A DNA stretch of 63,954 bases, the filler included, from Lenisia limosa (lineage: Eukaryota > Protista > Breviatea): assembly GCA_001655205.1 (NCBI GenBank). It is 18 parts of 18 records of this genome, joined end to end, with 100 filler letters (N's around TTAATTAATTAA, not from the genome) between each part and the next. Parts side by side here need not be neighbours in the genome. Positions count along the whole stretch, not along the records: positions 22,753 to 36,578 come from LPNZ01009155.1; positions 36,679 to 40,308 come from LPNZ01011494.1; 16 more parts are not named here. The stretch is one strand, 5' to 3'. A model generated the notes under the pieces. The model saw only the letters and a program-made list of their open reading frames with translations. It had not been told where the DNA came from and made no database searches. This document shows positions 26,089 to 39,090 of the stretch, in pieces (the first letter of the stretch is position 1; each line of letters starts with the position of its first letter). Made by a program: the position numbers and the translations under genes.

Positions 26089-27439
26089 GTCCTTATTATA
26101 CCAGCAGATGGATCCAAAAAAGAAAGAGAACGTGTCGGAATTTCTCGAAGTTTCTATACAGAGATCAGTCACTGACTCAGAAATAAAACTACCCAAAAGC
26201 TCTTCCCTCACTCTACAAAATAATAATATAGAATATTATGCAAAAAACAACCAGTATGCTTACTTTTCAAAGAAAAGAAAAATGAAACAGCTCGCTGCGA
26301 GATGCTCAAGCTAAAGTGGATATAAGGAATCCAATGTTCAATCTCTCAACTCCCAAGCTGATATAAAGTTACTCACAAAAATTATTAAACTCCAAGAAAA
26401 TTCAATTTAGAATTTTCAGAAGAATATAATCCGAACCTTTGGTTTTCTTCTAGAAGATACCTCTAGAATGCTCTAGACATGAAACTTACATAAGCCTTTG
26501 AGGCCCAAAAAAGTTTTAAAATTGAAGTGAGATGATGATATAGAGAGAGAGACAGTAAACCACTAACATCAACCAAAGTTACATCTAGGAGTTGCCTTCC
26601 ATTTATACTTTTGCAGTATCTTACCTAAGAATAAGAGTATTATTGTTCTTTAGTTTGATATTGGAAAGGTATTTTCTTTCTTACCACCTCTCCACAGTAT
26701 CCGCAGAATTATCGTGGATCCAATATCAATATATTTGATCGAGCATGATTACACTTCTCAAGGAATGGGTCTACTGTTTATCCATTGTTGCAATAGTTTT
26801 TGTGGGTTTGTGGGTTGGAATGATGTGAATGTGTGGTGTGATTCAAGTGTGATCTGGGTTGGAGATGGGAGGGTTGATGACTTGGGTGATATTGGGCGTA
26901 TGACTAGCTCCAAACCTTGTCACTTTAATGACGCTTTAATGAATAAGAATATTTTTATGGTTTTTTGGGGTACGTACGAACAATCCATAATTACAACAAA
27001 CGAAAGGATTTTAAGTTTCAAAGAGGTTTCTTGACGCTCCATATAGATATTACACTAGCAATCTTCAAAGGGATTCAATATCTAAAACAAGGTGAAGAAT
27101 ATAGGGAGAGTGGTTCGAAGCATTACAACATAGATTGAACCTCCAACTGGCAGGGAAGCTGACAATGTCTCGGACAGACTTTCGGGCAGCGTTTAGGTTG
27201 TCAGATGAAAAGAATGCTAAAAGCTCATGTGAGTTATGATAATCAAATCACAAAGAAGAACAAAATAAATATTAAATGCAGTTGTAAAAAAGAAGTAACG
27301 AGTATCCCACCAGTATGGGCTTGAATTATAGCTGAAGCTGCCCAAGAAGCGTCATCATAAATTGTGGGGGAGTCCGGGTCAACAACAATTGCCTAATAAA
27401 GTAAGCTTGTCACAAAGTCTTGATTGGCTGAACAAGGTG

Positions 27440-30400
27440 ACCCGACACCCACCCAGGGCTCCTTCGCCAGTGGAGAAGATGGAGTCACCAAAGCAGTAGA
27501 GAAAAGCTAATGGGTAAGAAAGCATAAGCAATATGACTGAAAAGGCTAAACTTCTGCTTACAGTGCTGTAATACTCCTGTGAGAACCCTTGACTTGGGAA
27601 AGCCAATTCCCCAGATCGTTCAACAGGGAACCGCTCAGAGAGTGTAGTAAATGGGCTGGGTAATCAAAAAATGGGAAGATCTTTAATCCAAGGCAGTTGT
27701 ATACCTCTCAATATTGGAACTGGTTTCCATGGTGTATAACTAGCCCATGTACCTGGTGCTACAATAATTCTCACTCACATATTAAGCATCGCGGCATCAA
27801 GACAGCCTGGGACACTGGCATTGCAAGCCTAACTCGTGAGAATAAAGGAAGAAAATAAAACGCTAAATAAGAACAACAACCTTTGTCTCTGCCATGATAC
27901 ACCCCAATACGTCAACGGCGTTCTTCATTTCAGGCCCAGAAATGGGTCTGAGTTCAGCAAGATCCGATATGGAGGTCAAAAGAGCCTTCGCCCATGGCTT
28001 TAGTTGGGCCTCGGATGTTGAGAGGCTGGGGTTGCTGCAAAGGTCAGAAAATGTGTCCCTTATGATGAATCATACTCGAAGATAGCCATGTCAACTGCAA
28101 GATGGAGCTTTACAGCGCTTCCAGCCTTGCTCAATGATAGAAGGGCCTCACCTGGGTTGTGACTCAAATTGCAAAACAAAACAGAACACATCTCCCCCTC
28201 TCCCCCTACAAGGAACAGAAACAGCGAGATGTGACGCCTTGGCTAAATATGTCATAACTCAAAACAACCAAGAAAACGAGACACTCACAATCAAGGGTAG
28301 GAACGCCTGAAAAAAGTGACTCAACATCATGTTGCATTGGGAAGGGAACAAACAGCATGTCGTGGTTTTCATAGAGGGAAGGGACATGGAGCTGAAGGGT
28401 GATGAGAAAAACATTGCTAGGGTATTCCAACACTCCAAGCTTACGGTTTTGAATTGGAAGTCGGGGAAGGGGATAGACACGGTGAAGGAGGGAGTAATAA
28501 GGGGCTGAGAGGTGATTCATTCGCATACAAGAATGCAATATAAGATCATAAAAACTTATTGGGAGATAAATCTGCACCTTGTCAAGAGAAGAAGCGTGAC
28601 TAGCCAGGTCGAGGAGAGCAAGGATTGACATTCCAACATCTTCACATTGCATTGTGGAGCTAAAGAGGTCAACTTCAAACTTCCGATGAATGCACAATAG
28701 CCCCCCTAACAGGACCGCAGGGTCGCAGTTGCCAATGGGCCGGCCGCTACACCCCATGACGGCAGGGGCATGGTAGTCGCTCGAGCGGTAGAGTAGGAAG
28801 AACTCTTTATATTCACGGCCTGAAAGATCAGCGAGTGATTGATCCACAATTTGACATTCAACAAGGTATTTACAACAGCACAATATTTCAAAATATTCTC
28901 AACGCAACCATACTTTTATCACTGCTTGGGTAACTATGAGTCTGTTCGAAGTGAGCTGGTATAGCAGAAGGAACGGTGGGTGAGATCAACTGAATGGGTA
29001 AATTAGTATGGTGGTAGATACGAACTTTGATATGCTTGGCTGGTAGTGTGACAGGAGCTGCTCGGCGCTTGAGGCTCTACAGAGATAAGTGACTGTGGGA
29101 AAATTAGTATTGATAAAGGGATTAATCTGGTCAAAGTCATCATATTTTATGATGTCGAAACATTGTGAGTTATTGATGCAGTATTTTATTTTATTTTTTT
29201 GACGGGACAACTCACCGTTAGGATTTTGACCTCGTCAGCCCTAATAACTTCTCTCACTGATCTTCCAATCGTTCCAGCAATATCGGGAACAGTGACATCT
29301 GAGCCTCGTCTCTCAATTTGGACCTAAGTGTGAGACAGAAACTAAAAAAAAGAATATAATTTTTTACACATACTGAAAGCTTGAAGCGGGCTACTGAAGA
29401 TCTCCATTCACCATCTTCGGACTTATTCGGTTCCGGCCCTTGAATAGCAATCAGCTATAAAGTTAAAGTAGATAAGAATTTTGGAGTAAAAACGCAAGCT
29501 CAACCCAAAAAAAAAAAAGATCCAATGCTGCGAACCCTAAAAGCGAGAGGAACACTATATGCACCGTTGACAAAGGAGACGTCCCCAACAAAGAGAAGGA
29601 AAGGCATTTCTAATGGAATGGATCGAAGGCACTCCAAGGAAGGCTAGAAAGTCAATTTCGCAATTTCGATGAAAAAGCCCCCCCCCCCCCNNNNNNNNNN
29701 NNNNNNNNNNNNNNNNNNNNNNNNNNNNNNNNNNNNNNNNNNNNNNNNNNNNNNNNNNNNGTTGCTGTCTGGGCTATTGAGAGAGTTCATCGTCCATTGT
29801 GATAGCGACCTAGTCTGTTAGCAGAAAATAATGTGGTGAAGAAACAATTGTAGGAAAAGCCTCACCATGACTCCGAGCGGGTACTAAAGCCCGGGTTCCT
29901 CGGGGCTGCCATTGAGACAATGGGCATGGTCATGTCAAGATCGCCTCCTAGATAGTCCCATGCTAAAAAGTAAGTTGTACCGCAAATATCCTACCATCCT
30001 CTCCGTGAAGGTAGTCGTAAACATCGTAGGGAACTGGGTCATGGTGCTCAGCCTCAAAGCTAGTGCTAATGGTGACATCATCACTTTGGGGGTCACGGCT
30101 TTGGCTCCGGGTGGTTCGGAAGGCTTCAGGGCTATAGTGTTAATGGTAAAGAGGTATGGGTCAACCTTCTTGTTCTTGTCTTCCGACCGCGTCCGGGGGT
30201 TCGAGCACCGCCTCTTCCTCTGCCACGCCCGCCAACTGCACCACCTCGCTTACGTCCACGTCCTTATTTCATAAGCACTAACGCTGGCTTGAAGGTAGTT
30301 CTTACCTCTCTTGCTCTTTGGCTGCGTATTTGGCCTGTACTCCATATCACTATCTTCCTCGTATCCCATACGGGCGGCTTCCCAGCCCTCAATGATCAAC

Positions 30401-33400
30401 TCTTCATCCCCTGAGAAGTTAAAGCGAAAAGACAGCAGCACTGTCTTCAAAGCTCACTTACCAGCCTTTCTCTTTTCACGCAAAATGACACGCTTCGCAT
30501 GCCGAATAGGTGAGTCCGGAACATAATCATCCGAAGAAATGTCAGCTTCATCACGAACCTGAATGTCAGTACAATTAAGGGGTGTCTTCACCCACCTTCT
30601 TGGTTCTCCCTCTCCCGGCCTTTTCCCTTGCCTTTGTTGCAATAGCAGCAGCCTTCTAAAGGTAATCAAAATAGCGACCACCATAAGAATTTTGCATAAA
30701 TGATTTTTTTTTTTTACTAGTCATAAATTGGTATCGATTCTTACATCAAGAGCAACACGGTTGATTTCATCTTCTGACATATTGGTGATAGAAGTTGTGG
30801 CTTTCTTTGATAGCAGTTCATCAACATCCAAACTAGCCTCAAGCAAACGCATCTCCTCTGCTCCACGTTTCTTCTTCTCAGCCTTTTCACGCTTTTTCTT
30901 CAACTTTCTCTCTTTATCAAGACGTATGTCAAGTTCTTCTGGGTCTTCCAAGTACTCAGCATCATCATCTTCAACTGGTGTTTCATCATCAACATACTCC
31001 TCATCTTCCTTTCCCGCTTCCACTTCTTCAAACTCTTCATGAGGATTTTCAAATTGAACTTTCTCTTTTTCCTCTTCCCTATCTACTTCACTCTCCTTTC
31101 CTCCTAGCTTCTCTTTCCGCTTCATACCTTCTTTCTCATCCTCCATCTCTGTATCCTCTTTTTCTTTTATCTTCTTCGTTTCTTCTGTTGGCTCTTCCTC
31201 TTTCGTCTCCTCAACCTCTTCCTTCTTCTTCTCCCCCCCCTCTTTTTCTTTTTTATTTTCCTCTTCATCCTTCTTCTTCGTTTCCTCTTCTTCCTTTTTC
31301 TTTTCCTCGTCTTCTTCCTTCTTCTTCTTTTCTTCTTCTTTCTTCTTCTTTTCAGCTTCTACCTTCTTCTTTTCCTCTGCTTCTTTTTTCTTTTTTTCCT
31401 CTTCCGTCTTCTTCTTTTCTTCTTCATCCTTCTTCTTTTCTTCTGCTTCCTTCTTCTTCTTTTCCTCTTCTTCATCCTTCTTCTTTTCAGCTTCTACCTT
31501 CTTCTTCTTTTCCTCTTCTTCTTTATTTTTCTTTTCAGCTTCTATCTTCTTCTTCTTTTCCTCTTCATCCTTCTTCTTTTCTTCTGCTTCCTTCTTCTTC
31601 TTTTCCTCTTCTTCATCCTTCTTCTTTTCTTCTGCTTCCTTCTTCTTCTTTTCCTCTTCTTTCTTTTTCTTTTCAGCTTCAACCTTCTTCTTTTCCTCTT
31701 CTTCATCCTTCTTCTTTTCTTCTGCTTCCTTCTTCTTCTTTTCCTCTTCTTTCTTCTTCTTTTCAGCTTCTACCTTCTTCTTCTCCTCTGCTTCCTTTTT
31801 CCTTTTTTCCTCTTCCGTCTTCTTCTTTTCTTCTTCATCCTTCTTCTTCTTCTCCTCTGCTTCCTTTTTCCTTTTTTCCTCTTCCTTTTCTTCTTCATCC
31901 TTCTTCTTCTCCTCTGCTTCCTTTTTCCTTTTTTCCTCTTCCTTCTTCTTTTCTTCTTCATCCTTCTTCTTTTCCTCCTCTTCTTCTTCTTTCTTCTTCT
32001 TTTCTTCTTCTTCCTTCATCTTCTTTTCTTTTTCTTTTCTTTTCTTTTCTTCTTCTTTCCTCTTCTCTGCTTGCTCCTTCTTTTTCTTTACCTCTTCTTC
32101 TTTCATCTTCTTTTCTTCATCTTCTTTTCTTTCCTTTTCTTTTTCTTTCATCCTCTCTGCTTGCTCTTTCTTTTTCTTCATTTCTTCTTCCTTTTTCTTC
32201 TTCTCTTCTTGCTTCAATTTCTGTGCTTCCATTCGCTTCTTCAACTCGGTTTCCCGGGCTTGCTTCTTCTCCTCAAGATACTTTCTCTTCAAATCAGCCA
32301 TCCGTCGCATATTATCGATTTTCAGCTGGTGTTCGGCCTTTTGCTTACGAAGCGACAGCATCTTCGGGGACAATGAACTTTCTGAGACTTTTTTCTTTTT
32401 AATTGGAGTAGCGAGATGTTCTGGATCTGATATCTTTTCTTCTTTTTGGGCAACATTTTGAGCTTCCTCAGGCTTTTTTACTTCCTCCTCTATTTTCATT
32501 TCTTCCTTCTTCTTTTCTTCCTTCTCCATTTTTTTCTTTTCTCCTAACTTCTTCGTTTCTTCTTCCTTCTTCTTTTTTACAGCTTCNNNNNNNNNNNNNN
32601 NNNNNNNNNNNNNNNNNNNNNNNNNNNNNNNNNNNNTTTTAATTTCTTCTTCTTTCTTCTTCTTCTCTTCCTCTTCCTTCTTTATCTCTTCTTTCTTTTT
32701 CATCTCTTCTTCTTTCTTCTTTTCCTCATCCACTTCCATTTTCTTCGTTTCCACTTCCTTCGTCCTCTCCTTAGGTTCTTTGCCCTTTTCCTCACCCTTT
32801 TGTTCCTTCACTGACTCTTTTTTCTTCTCCTCAGATTCCAGTTGGCGGGCAGCTCGAGTGACTCTTGGAACGATTTTCTTCGCTGCTGACGGTCGCGGCG
32901 TGTCCACGTGCATCTTTTTGGCCTTTTCCTTGATTGTTGCTTGCAATGGCTTCTTAAAAGACGGCTTTGGGATGTTAGGCTTTGTTTCTACTAGTTTCTT
33001 AGGTTCCACTGCTTCTACGGCCTTCAATTCTTTCACAGCCTCCTCAGCTTCTTCTTTCACCTCTGCCTCGGATGCTTGTCGGGGCTCATCCGATAACATA
33101 ACATCTTTAGCAGATGGGCGTGTCGCACGTACACTCTTCTTGGCTTTGGATGCAGGGCTGGCACGGGCAGGAGGCTTACGTTGCTTAGTTGGGGTACTTG
33201 GGAGTTCAGCATTCACTTTTGGTTCCTGACCAAGTTAACACGCTTGTAGAAACACAAAGCACTTTCCCCAATAACACAGTAAAATACCCCAACCAAACGA
33301 ATAAATATGCCCTTCAACCTCCCAAAAATGTGAAGTATTAACCGGCTGCCCACAGGTTGAGGCTTTTGTACTTTTAGCTTAGGCTTCTTTTTGATGTGAG

Positions 33401-34332
33401 TCAAGCACCCAGAATTGATAAGGAGCTGCTTTTTCTTCTCCTTGGGCAGTTTTGATGGAAGTTCCTAATGCATTGTAAGGTTTCCTTTTCAACATTTTCA
33501 TTTCATATCCAACATCCCTAACCTCATCTGCAGTATGGAATTGTGATGTCTTAGGCTTCAGCTCAATCATTTTGGATACCCAGGGCTGAGTTGGTGTAAC
33601 TGTTGATAGATATACCTGCCAAGAATAGCACACACAGCCACCACACACACACAAACAAACAAAAAAAAAAAAGAATACAATGGTAGTACAGTTCTTTAGA
33701 CTTACAAAGAGACGAGGGTGCGACTTTAGCGTGATCAAACAATCTTTCGCCAAATCATTTACCTGAGTCTGCAGAAGTGAGCAAAAGGTCAGAAGTGAAG
33801 ATGAAATATCTTTTGCAGGAAACGTACCTCAATGAATCTACGACTTTGGGTGACCTCCACCTTCACTGGCCCATCGTTGATCATGTGGGACTGAACAATG
33901 GCCTCTGAAAAGAAAGATGAATGTAATTTCTGCAACAGAAAAAAAGCACCCAACTTGATGTAACGGTTGACTGCACAAGAAGTGGTATAATAATGCCAGC
34001 TAGAGAGTTGAGAAGGAAAGACGCAACATTAACCCAATAGACATTATATTTAATGCAAACCATCGTCAGGAGCAGGGGAGCCAACGATTAGGTTGGCCTC
34101 TCGGTTTTCAAACAGTGTCACAACGCGCCTGAAAATGTTAGCTTTCCGCTTTCCAGTCTTAAATGTTCATTTACCTTTCACTTGAGTTGTAGATGTTTAG
34201 AATGCCGCCTTTCTCAACACCCTGAAGAGCTGAGATCTGTTGCTGTTCCAAAGTAGCCGCTGCAGGCTCTTCAATATCATTTAATTCTCCAGGAACGAAG
34301 AAAAGCACGCCTTTAGGCGAGCAATCCTTCAT
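27440..34332 (-). CDS. Very large multi-exon gene (~20 short introns) containing the K/E tract and an RGG segment
   Basis: Phase-compatible chain from MKDCSPKGVLFFVPGE... through VYLSTVTPTQPW..., the K/E exon, KAAAIATKAREK|VRDEADISSDD|DEELIIEGWE|RGRKRGGAVGGRGRGRGG|PEAFRTT..., PSLECLRSIPLE..., VQIERRGSDV..., to AELRPISGPEMKNAVD. Both ends show frame problems, and gaps interrupt the chain. Confidence 0.55.
30745..33225 (-). CDS. 2.5-kb exon encoding a Lys/Glu-rich repeat (single-alpha-helix-like)
   Basis: 831-aa ORF flanked by a CAG acceptor at 33226 and a GTAAGA donor at 30744. Repeats of EAEEKKKDEEEKKKK. Confidence 0.85.
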
Positions 34333-34742
34333 GATTCCTTTCACTAATTATCTTCAGCCTGGCAGAGATACTGCTGTACTGCTGTTGAGAGAAGTTTTCT
34401 ATATCAAGGCTGTCTTGAACAAGTCTGGTGGTAAAGCTGGCTGTTTGCTAAAAGCCCCTGGTGTAAAGAAATCTCGGGATCCAGGGGGCAGCAAAATCAT
34501 TGAAACCGGGAAATCAGTCCTCAACAACACCGTCTCATCAAAGGCCAAAGCACCGTTCTTCTAACCTTCTGACATCGTGCATCGACCTCNNNNNNNNNNN
34601 NNNNNNNNNNNNNNNNNNNNNNNNNNNNNNNNNNNNNNNNNNNNNNNNNNNNNNNNNNNNNNNNNNNNNNNNNNNNNNNNNGCAACCAGCAGGCCAGCAG
34701 GCAGCCACCCTAGAAAAGGCAGCAGCAACCAGACTTGGAAAG

Positions 34743-36176
34743 ATGGGGAACTTGTGTTCCAAACAAGTAAGGATTTCCCACCTACCAATTTACATATGTT
34801 TAGGCAGACCCTGAGAAGGAGCCCTTACTTCGTAGGCTGCCGTTTTTATTTCTGATTCACTGTCATCTTTATAAAATGTGTTACATTGTTTTTTAAAAAA
34901 TAAAAATAAAAGAAGAACATCAAAATGTAAGGTTTACAGGTAAAGTCGTTGATGTTTGGCTTTGAGTGTACTTTATTCCTGTTAGATGAGGGCCGCCCCG
35001 TAGTCATTGAACGGTATGTAACCTGCCCCCAATGTGGAAACCATTTCAACACAGAATCCTTGCCACCCACTGGGGCTGAACCTCTGATTGATTCCGTGGT
35101 GAGATTGGAATGTCAATCTTAATTGCTTCTTTTGTGACGGGGTGAATGCCCCGAGATATTTGGACTTCCACTCTTGATCCTCCGTTTTTTTTTCAATCCT
35201 CCCTTTGATCGATCCTCCCTTTTTACAATCCTCTGTTTGATTGATCGTCTTTACCTTTTTTGTTCCAGGAACGTTCACCATCAATCATTGATGAATCTGA
35301 TGCTGATAACAGTGCTGAAGAGGAAAAGGAGGAGTGGCTGAAGGTGAGAGAATTGTATTATGACAAATCAGACTGAGCGTCTGGTTGAAGAGTTCCGCTG
35401 TCGGTGTGCTGCCAGAGCCATCCAAAAGTACTGGAGGGACCACTGCGCTGCTGCCCACAGAGGTTGGTGGAGTTGTTTACTAATAATGCTGTAGTGCTTT
35501 CAGCAGTGATTTTGATCCAGTTTTGGGTACGGCGCCACTTGCAAAGCAAAATGATTCGTGAGAGGGAGGGACATGTCCTAAAATACAATTTTGTCTCTTT
35601 GTGTTTTCCTACCTTTAGGGAGAGAGAATGCTGCCTGAAATAAGGAATTAATCAATTAACAAATTTTAATACTCATTCTAAATAATATATTAAGTAAAAA
35701 AAGAACAGCCCAAAGTTAGGTCATGTGATAACTATTACAATGAAAAAATACACCAGAATTCAGAAAACAGGTTTGAAAATCATATTACAACGAGTGAGTC
35801 TTCTGAAACAATGAAGGTATAACGTTATTTAGTCCAAAAAGCAGTAATGAAGATTCAAGCGATATGGAAGGGCAGAGTCGCCCGGAGGATGTACGTGCAA
35901 TTATGTAGGGAGAATATTGTTAGTTCAAGAATTCAATAGGGGTGTTATCGTTATAATGAGGCATTAATTATCCAGGCAAGAGACGCTTCATCATTGAAGA
36001 GATCCTTGCTACCGAGAGGAACTACCTCAAGTCCCTCAGCGCCCTCATGGATGTGAGTATAGCGCAGTTGGATTCTTTTACGCTGCCCAGGTATTTGGCA
36101 CCCCGATGTCCAGTATGATGAAACCGTCGGAAGCCTCACAGATCTTTGGCAATATCAAAGCTATTTTAGAATTTTC
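34743..36176 (+). CDS. N-myristoylated IQ-motif RhoGEF (DH domain), 5' part
   Basis: Spliced MGNLCSKQ|ADPEKEPLL|HEGRPVVIERYVTCPQCGNHF...|...AARAIQKYWRDH|AVILIQFWVRRHL|LQKAVMKIQAIWKGRVARRMY|CKRRFIIEEILATERNYLKSLSALMD|VFGTP...QIFGNIKAILEFS. Three IQ-like motifs, plus the DH-domain E-x-L-x-TE-x-x-Y and IFGNI motifs. Confidence 0.85.
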
Positions 36177-37022
36177 GTAAGCTGAAAACCTGGGGTGTTT
36201 TGAGTGACAGAAACGAACATATTGACTGCGGACGATGGTTGAGAATTTATTGGCAGTCGTGCCTTTTTAACCTGCCCTTTTCGATATCGTTTTAACGTGA
36301 TGGTATTGACGCTTAACCAAGATAGTTGTTCAAAGTGGTAACTGTATAATTGCTGTATTGAATATCCGGGTTAATTGCTATATTGAATATCCGGGTTATA
36401 CAGTGAATAAAAAGGGGCCCAGTGCGTAAAAAGGGGCCCAGTTTTTTGAAAACGCTCATAAATGCACTTTTTCTGATCATGATTCAAATTTTCTCCAAAA
36501 CTAATTTGTAGGAAGATAAAAATGCAAAAAAATATTTCTTTATTTTTTTTCGAATGTCGAAAATTGTCGAAAAGTCCANNNNNNNNNNNNNNNNNNNNNN
36601 NNNNNNNNNNNNNNNNNNNNNNTTAATTAATTAANNNNNNNNNNNNNNNNNNNNNNNNNNNNNNNNNNNNNNNNNNNNCAGAATATCCATTATCTTGTGT
36701 GTGTGGGGGTAAAATACTGTTTTTGAATCAATAGACAAAAGAGAGAAACAAAAACCTGAGATAACACACGGTTGCAAACAATTTTACCAAATTCCATCAC
36801 CAAGGCAAATACCAAAACACAGACGTTTTCCAAAAAGACCACCAAGCTGGAATCGGCAGAAGATATCGAGAATGCCGGCCTATGTATTTTCCTTGTATCC
36901 CAGATAATTATTTTCCTTGTACTCCAGATTATTAAATGAATATGTTTTTTACCCCTAAATGATTATATGTCTTATGTATATATTGTTCTAGGTTTCAGAA
37001 ACGGCGGCGGCGGAGCACTCAC

Positions 37023-38508
37023 CTCCATCAAGCAACTCCATGTCGCAGAAGACCCGGGCCGGCTTGACTGCCGTTTTCACTGAAAGTGTCAGTTCTGCAG
37101 TAAAGTCTCTATTGGAACTAGGACTAAAGATCCGGCCGTTTCTGCAATAGAAAACTCTCTCGTACCTGAAATTAAGTCCTTTGTAAGTACTGATAGTTCA
37201 CAATAAACATACATAAGGAATGTACATGAAAAAAAGTGGCCAAATACATCCAGAAATGTAGGGAAGTCTTAATAATACTATATGAAAACAGGCCCCAACA
37301 TACCGTAATAGTGGCCAGAAGGCAGGCCCAGTCGCTGCACATGCTTGCAGGAGTGGTACGGGCTCTCTTCCTATTGGGAGTAAATATGAAGTCTTCACGG
37401 TGATGGGTTAGAAAGAATACACCATTTAACCGTACCCCCCCCCCCACAGTGTTATTTGGCGTGGTCTCAAGACGGCTCCATTGTTCGGACCAGCAGACAA
37501 GTGTTTCCTGCAGTCCGTTGTTATCCACTATCTGTAGCATTCCTGGGGGGGGGGGGGGGNNNNNNNNNNNNNNNNNNNNNNNNNNNNNNNNNNNNNNNNN
37601 NNNNNNNNNNNNNNNNNNNNNNNNNNNNNNNNNNNNNNNNNNNNNNNNNNNNNNNNNNNNNNNNNNNNNNNNNNNNNNNNNNNNNNNNNNNNNNNNNNNN
37701 NNNNNNNNNNNNNNNNNNNNNNNNNNNNNNNNNNNNNNNNNNNNNNNNNNNNNNNNTTAGAAACTCACTCAATACTCCATTCATCTCAGTCGGATATCCC
37801 CCCTTACCATTCATCTTAGTCGGAATTCACCTCTCCATTCATCTCAGTCGGATATCCCCCCTTACCATTCATCTCAATCGTACACGTCTGGAGTTCGGAC
37901 AAAGTAACCGTCGGTACTTTGAGGGCCGAAAACACCGCTGTTTCGGGGAAGTGGATTCCCAAGGGACTAACCTGGGGGGGGGGGGGTAAAATTGGANNNN
38001 NNNNNNNNNNNNNNNNNNNNNNNNNNNNNNNNNNNNNNNNNNNNNNNNNNNNNNNNNNNNNTGTTGGCTAGCAACACAGAACACGGATCATAAAGATGTA
38101 TTATCATTGTTTCATTGGGACCATCCGAGATTTAAGTAATTATTGAATTTTGAAAGCATATATTCCGCCTTGCATTTTGAGACGAACTCGATTTCAGTAA
38201 ATTTGTTCAAAACAATTACATGCATTCATTAATCCCCATCCACATTTGATTTTAAAGACAATATGATCCAACACTTCAATCAGAAATCATACTATTGATA
38301 TGATACACCAATCATCCAAGGCGGAATATTCTCTTCTAAGTCCCTCCGACCCCCTCCGCCAACTAATCCAATTGATGATCCTAGAGGCCTAGTAGAGGGG
38401 GGAAAGACTTGTCAATATTTCAACCCCTTGAACCCTCCCCACATTGATGTGTTGAAGACTCCACACGGATGCCGCCAGACATATGAGCGTGATCACAATC
38501 GCTTTCAT
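37023..38508 (-). CDS. Secreted protein with a fibrinogen-related/NEC-like motif (5' part)
   Basis: Signal peptide MKAIVITLICLAASVWS, then VSPLGIHFPE..., and EESPYHSCKHVQRLGLPSGHYY|VKTAVKPARVFCDMELLDGG, which fits SC...SGxY...VxCDM...GG. Confidence 0.7.
37985..38085 (-). repeat. Element module A spanning a gap, at the acceptor of the secreted-protein gene
   Basis: GTGTTGCTAGCCAACA-(N)-TCCAATTTTAC(C)nAG| exon. Confidence 0.65.
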
Positions 38509-39090
38509 CCTTATTGTTATTGATTCAACTATTCAAATGTTACTACACTTCTGTTTACGTGAATTTCCAGAATTTCTTGATCAGTTTAAATGTGGAGACG
38601 TCATGACGTCAGCATTTTTTTATTGCGGAAAGATCCAGAGGTGATCCGGGAAGCACAAAGTGTGCCAGTTTGTAGATATTTTCACATTTACACCCGCCCA
38701 GATCTCCAGATCTGGGCAAAGTTTGGGCAAAGTTGAACAATGCACAAATGTACATAAAACTAAAAAAAAAAAAAAAAATTCCGCAAACAGTTCGTCCAAA
38801 AGAAATAGCCACCATTGTGAATCGCATAAAATAGTGCAAAAAAAAGTTTTCCAACACTGTGGAATGAAATCATGATATCTTCATCAAGAGTACCAAGATA
38901 CTCAGCCCCAATCCTCCATGAATGGACAAGATACTCAGCCCCAATCCTCCATGAATGGACATCAAGATACATCAGCCCCAATCCTCCATGAACCGGGGAC
39001 TGTGGGTCTAGACAGCAAGATTACTTGAGGCGTGTTTGCGGAAGACTTGAATGTTCAGCTCCATTGCCGCTTTACCTATCTGGTAAACAA

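Noticed and set aside
28206-28883. ORF resembling a LINE apurinic endonuclease (YRSSDY...LLGGLLCIH) with LRPIS downstream
   Set aside because: The region splices cleanly as short-intron exons of the large minus-strand gene, and the catalytic GDFN/SDH and RT YADD motifs are absent.
30978-32402. 474-aa and other plus-strand ORFs over the K/E exon
   Set aside because: Antisense shadows of a purine-rich repeat that lacks stop triplets on the other strand.
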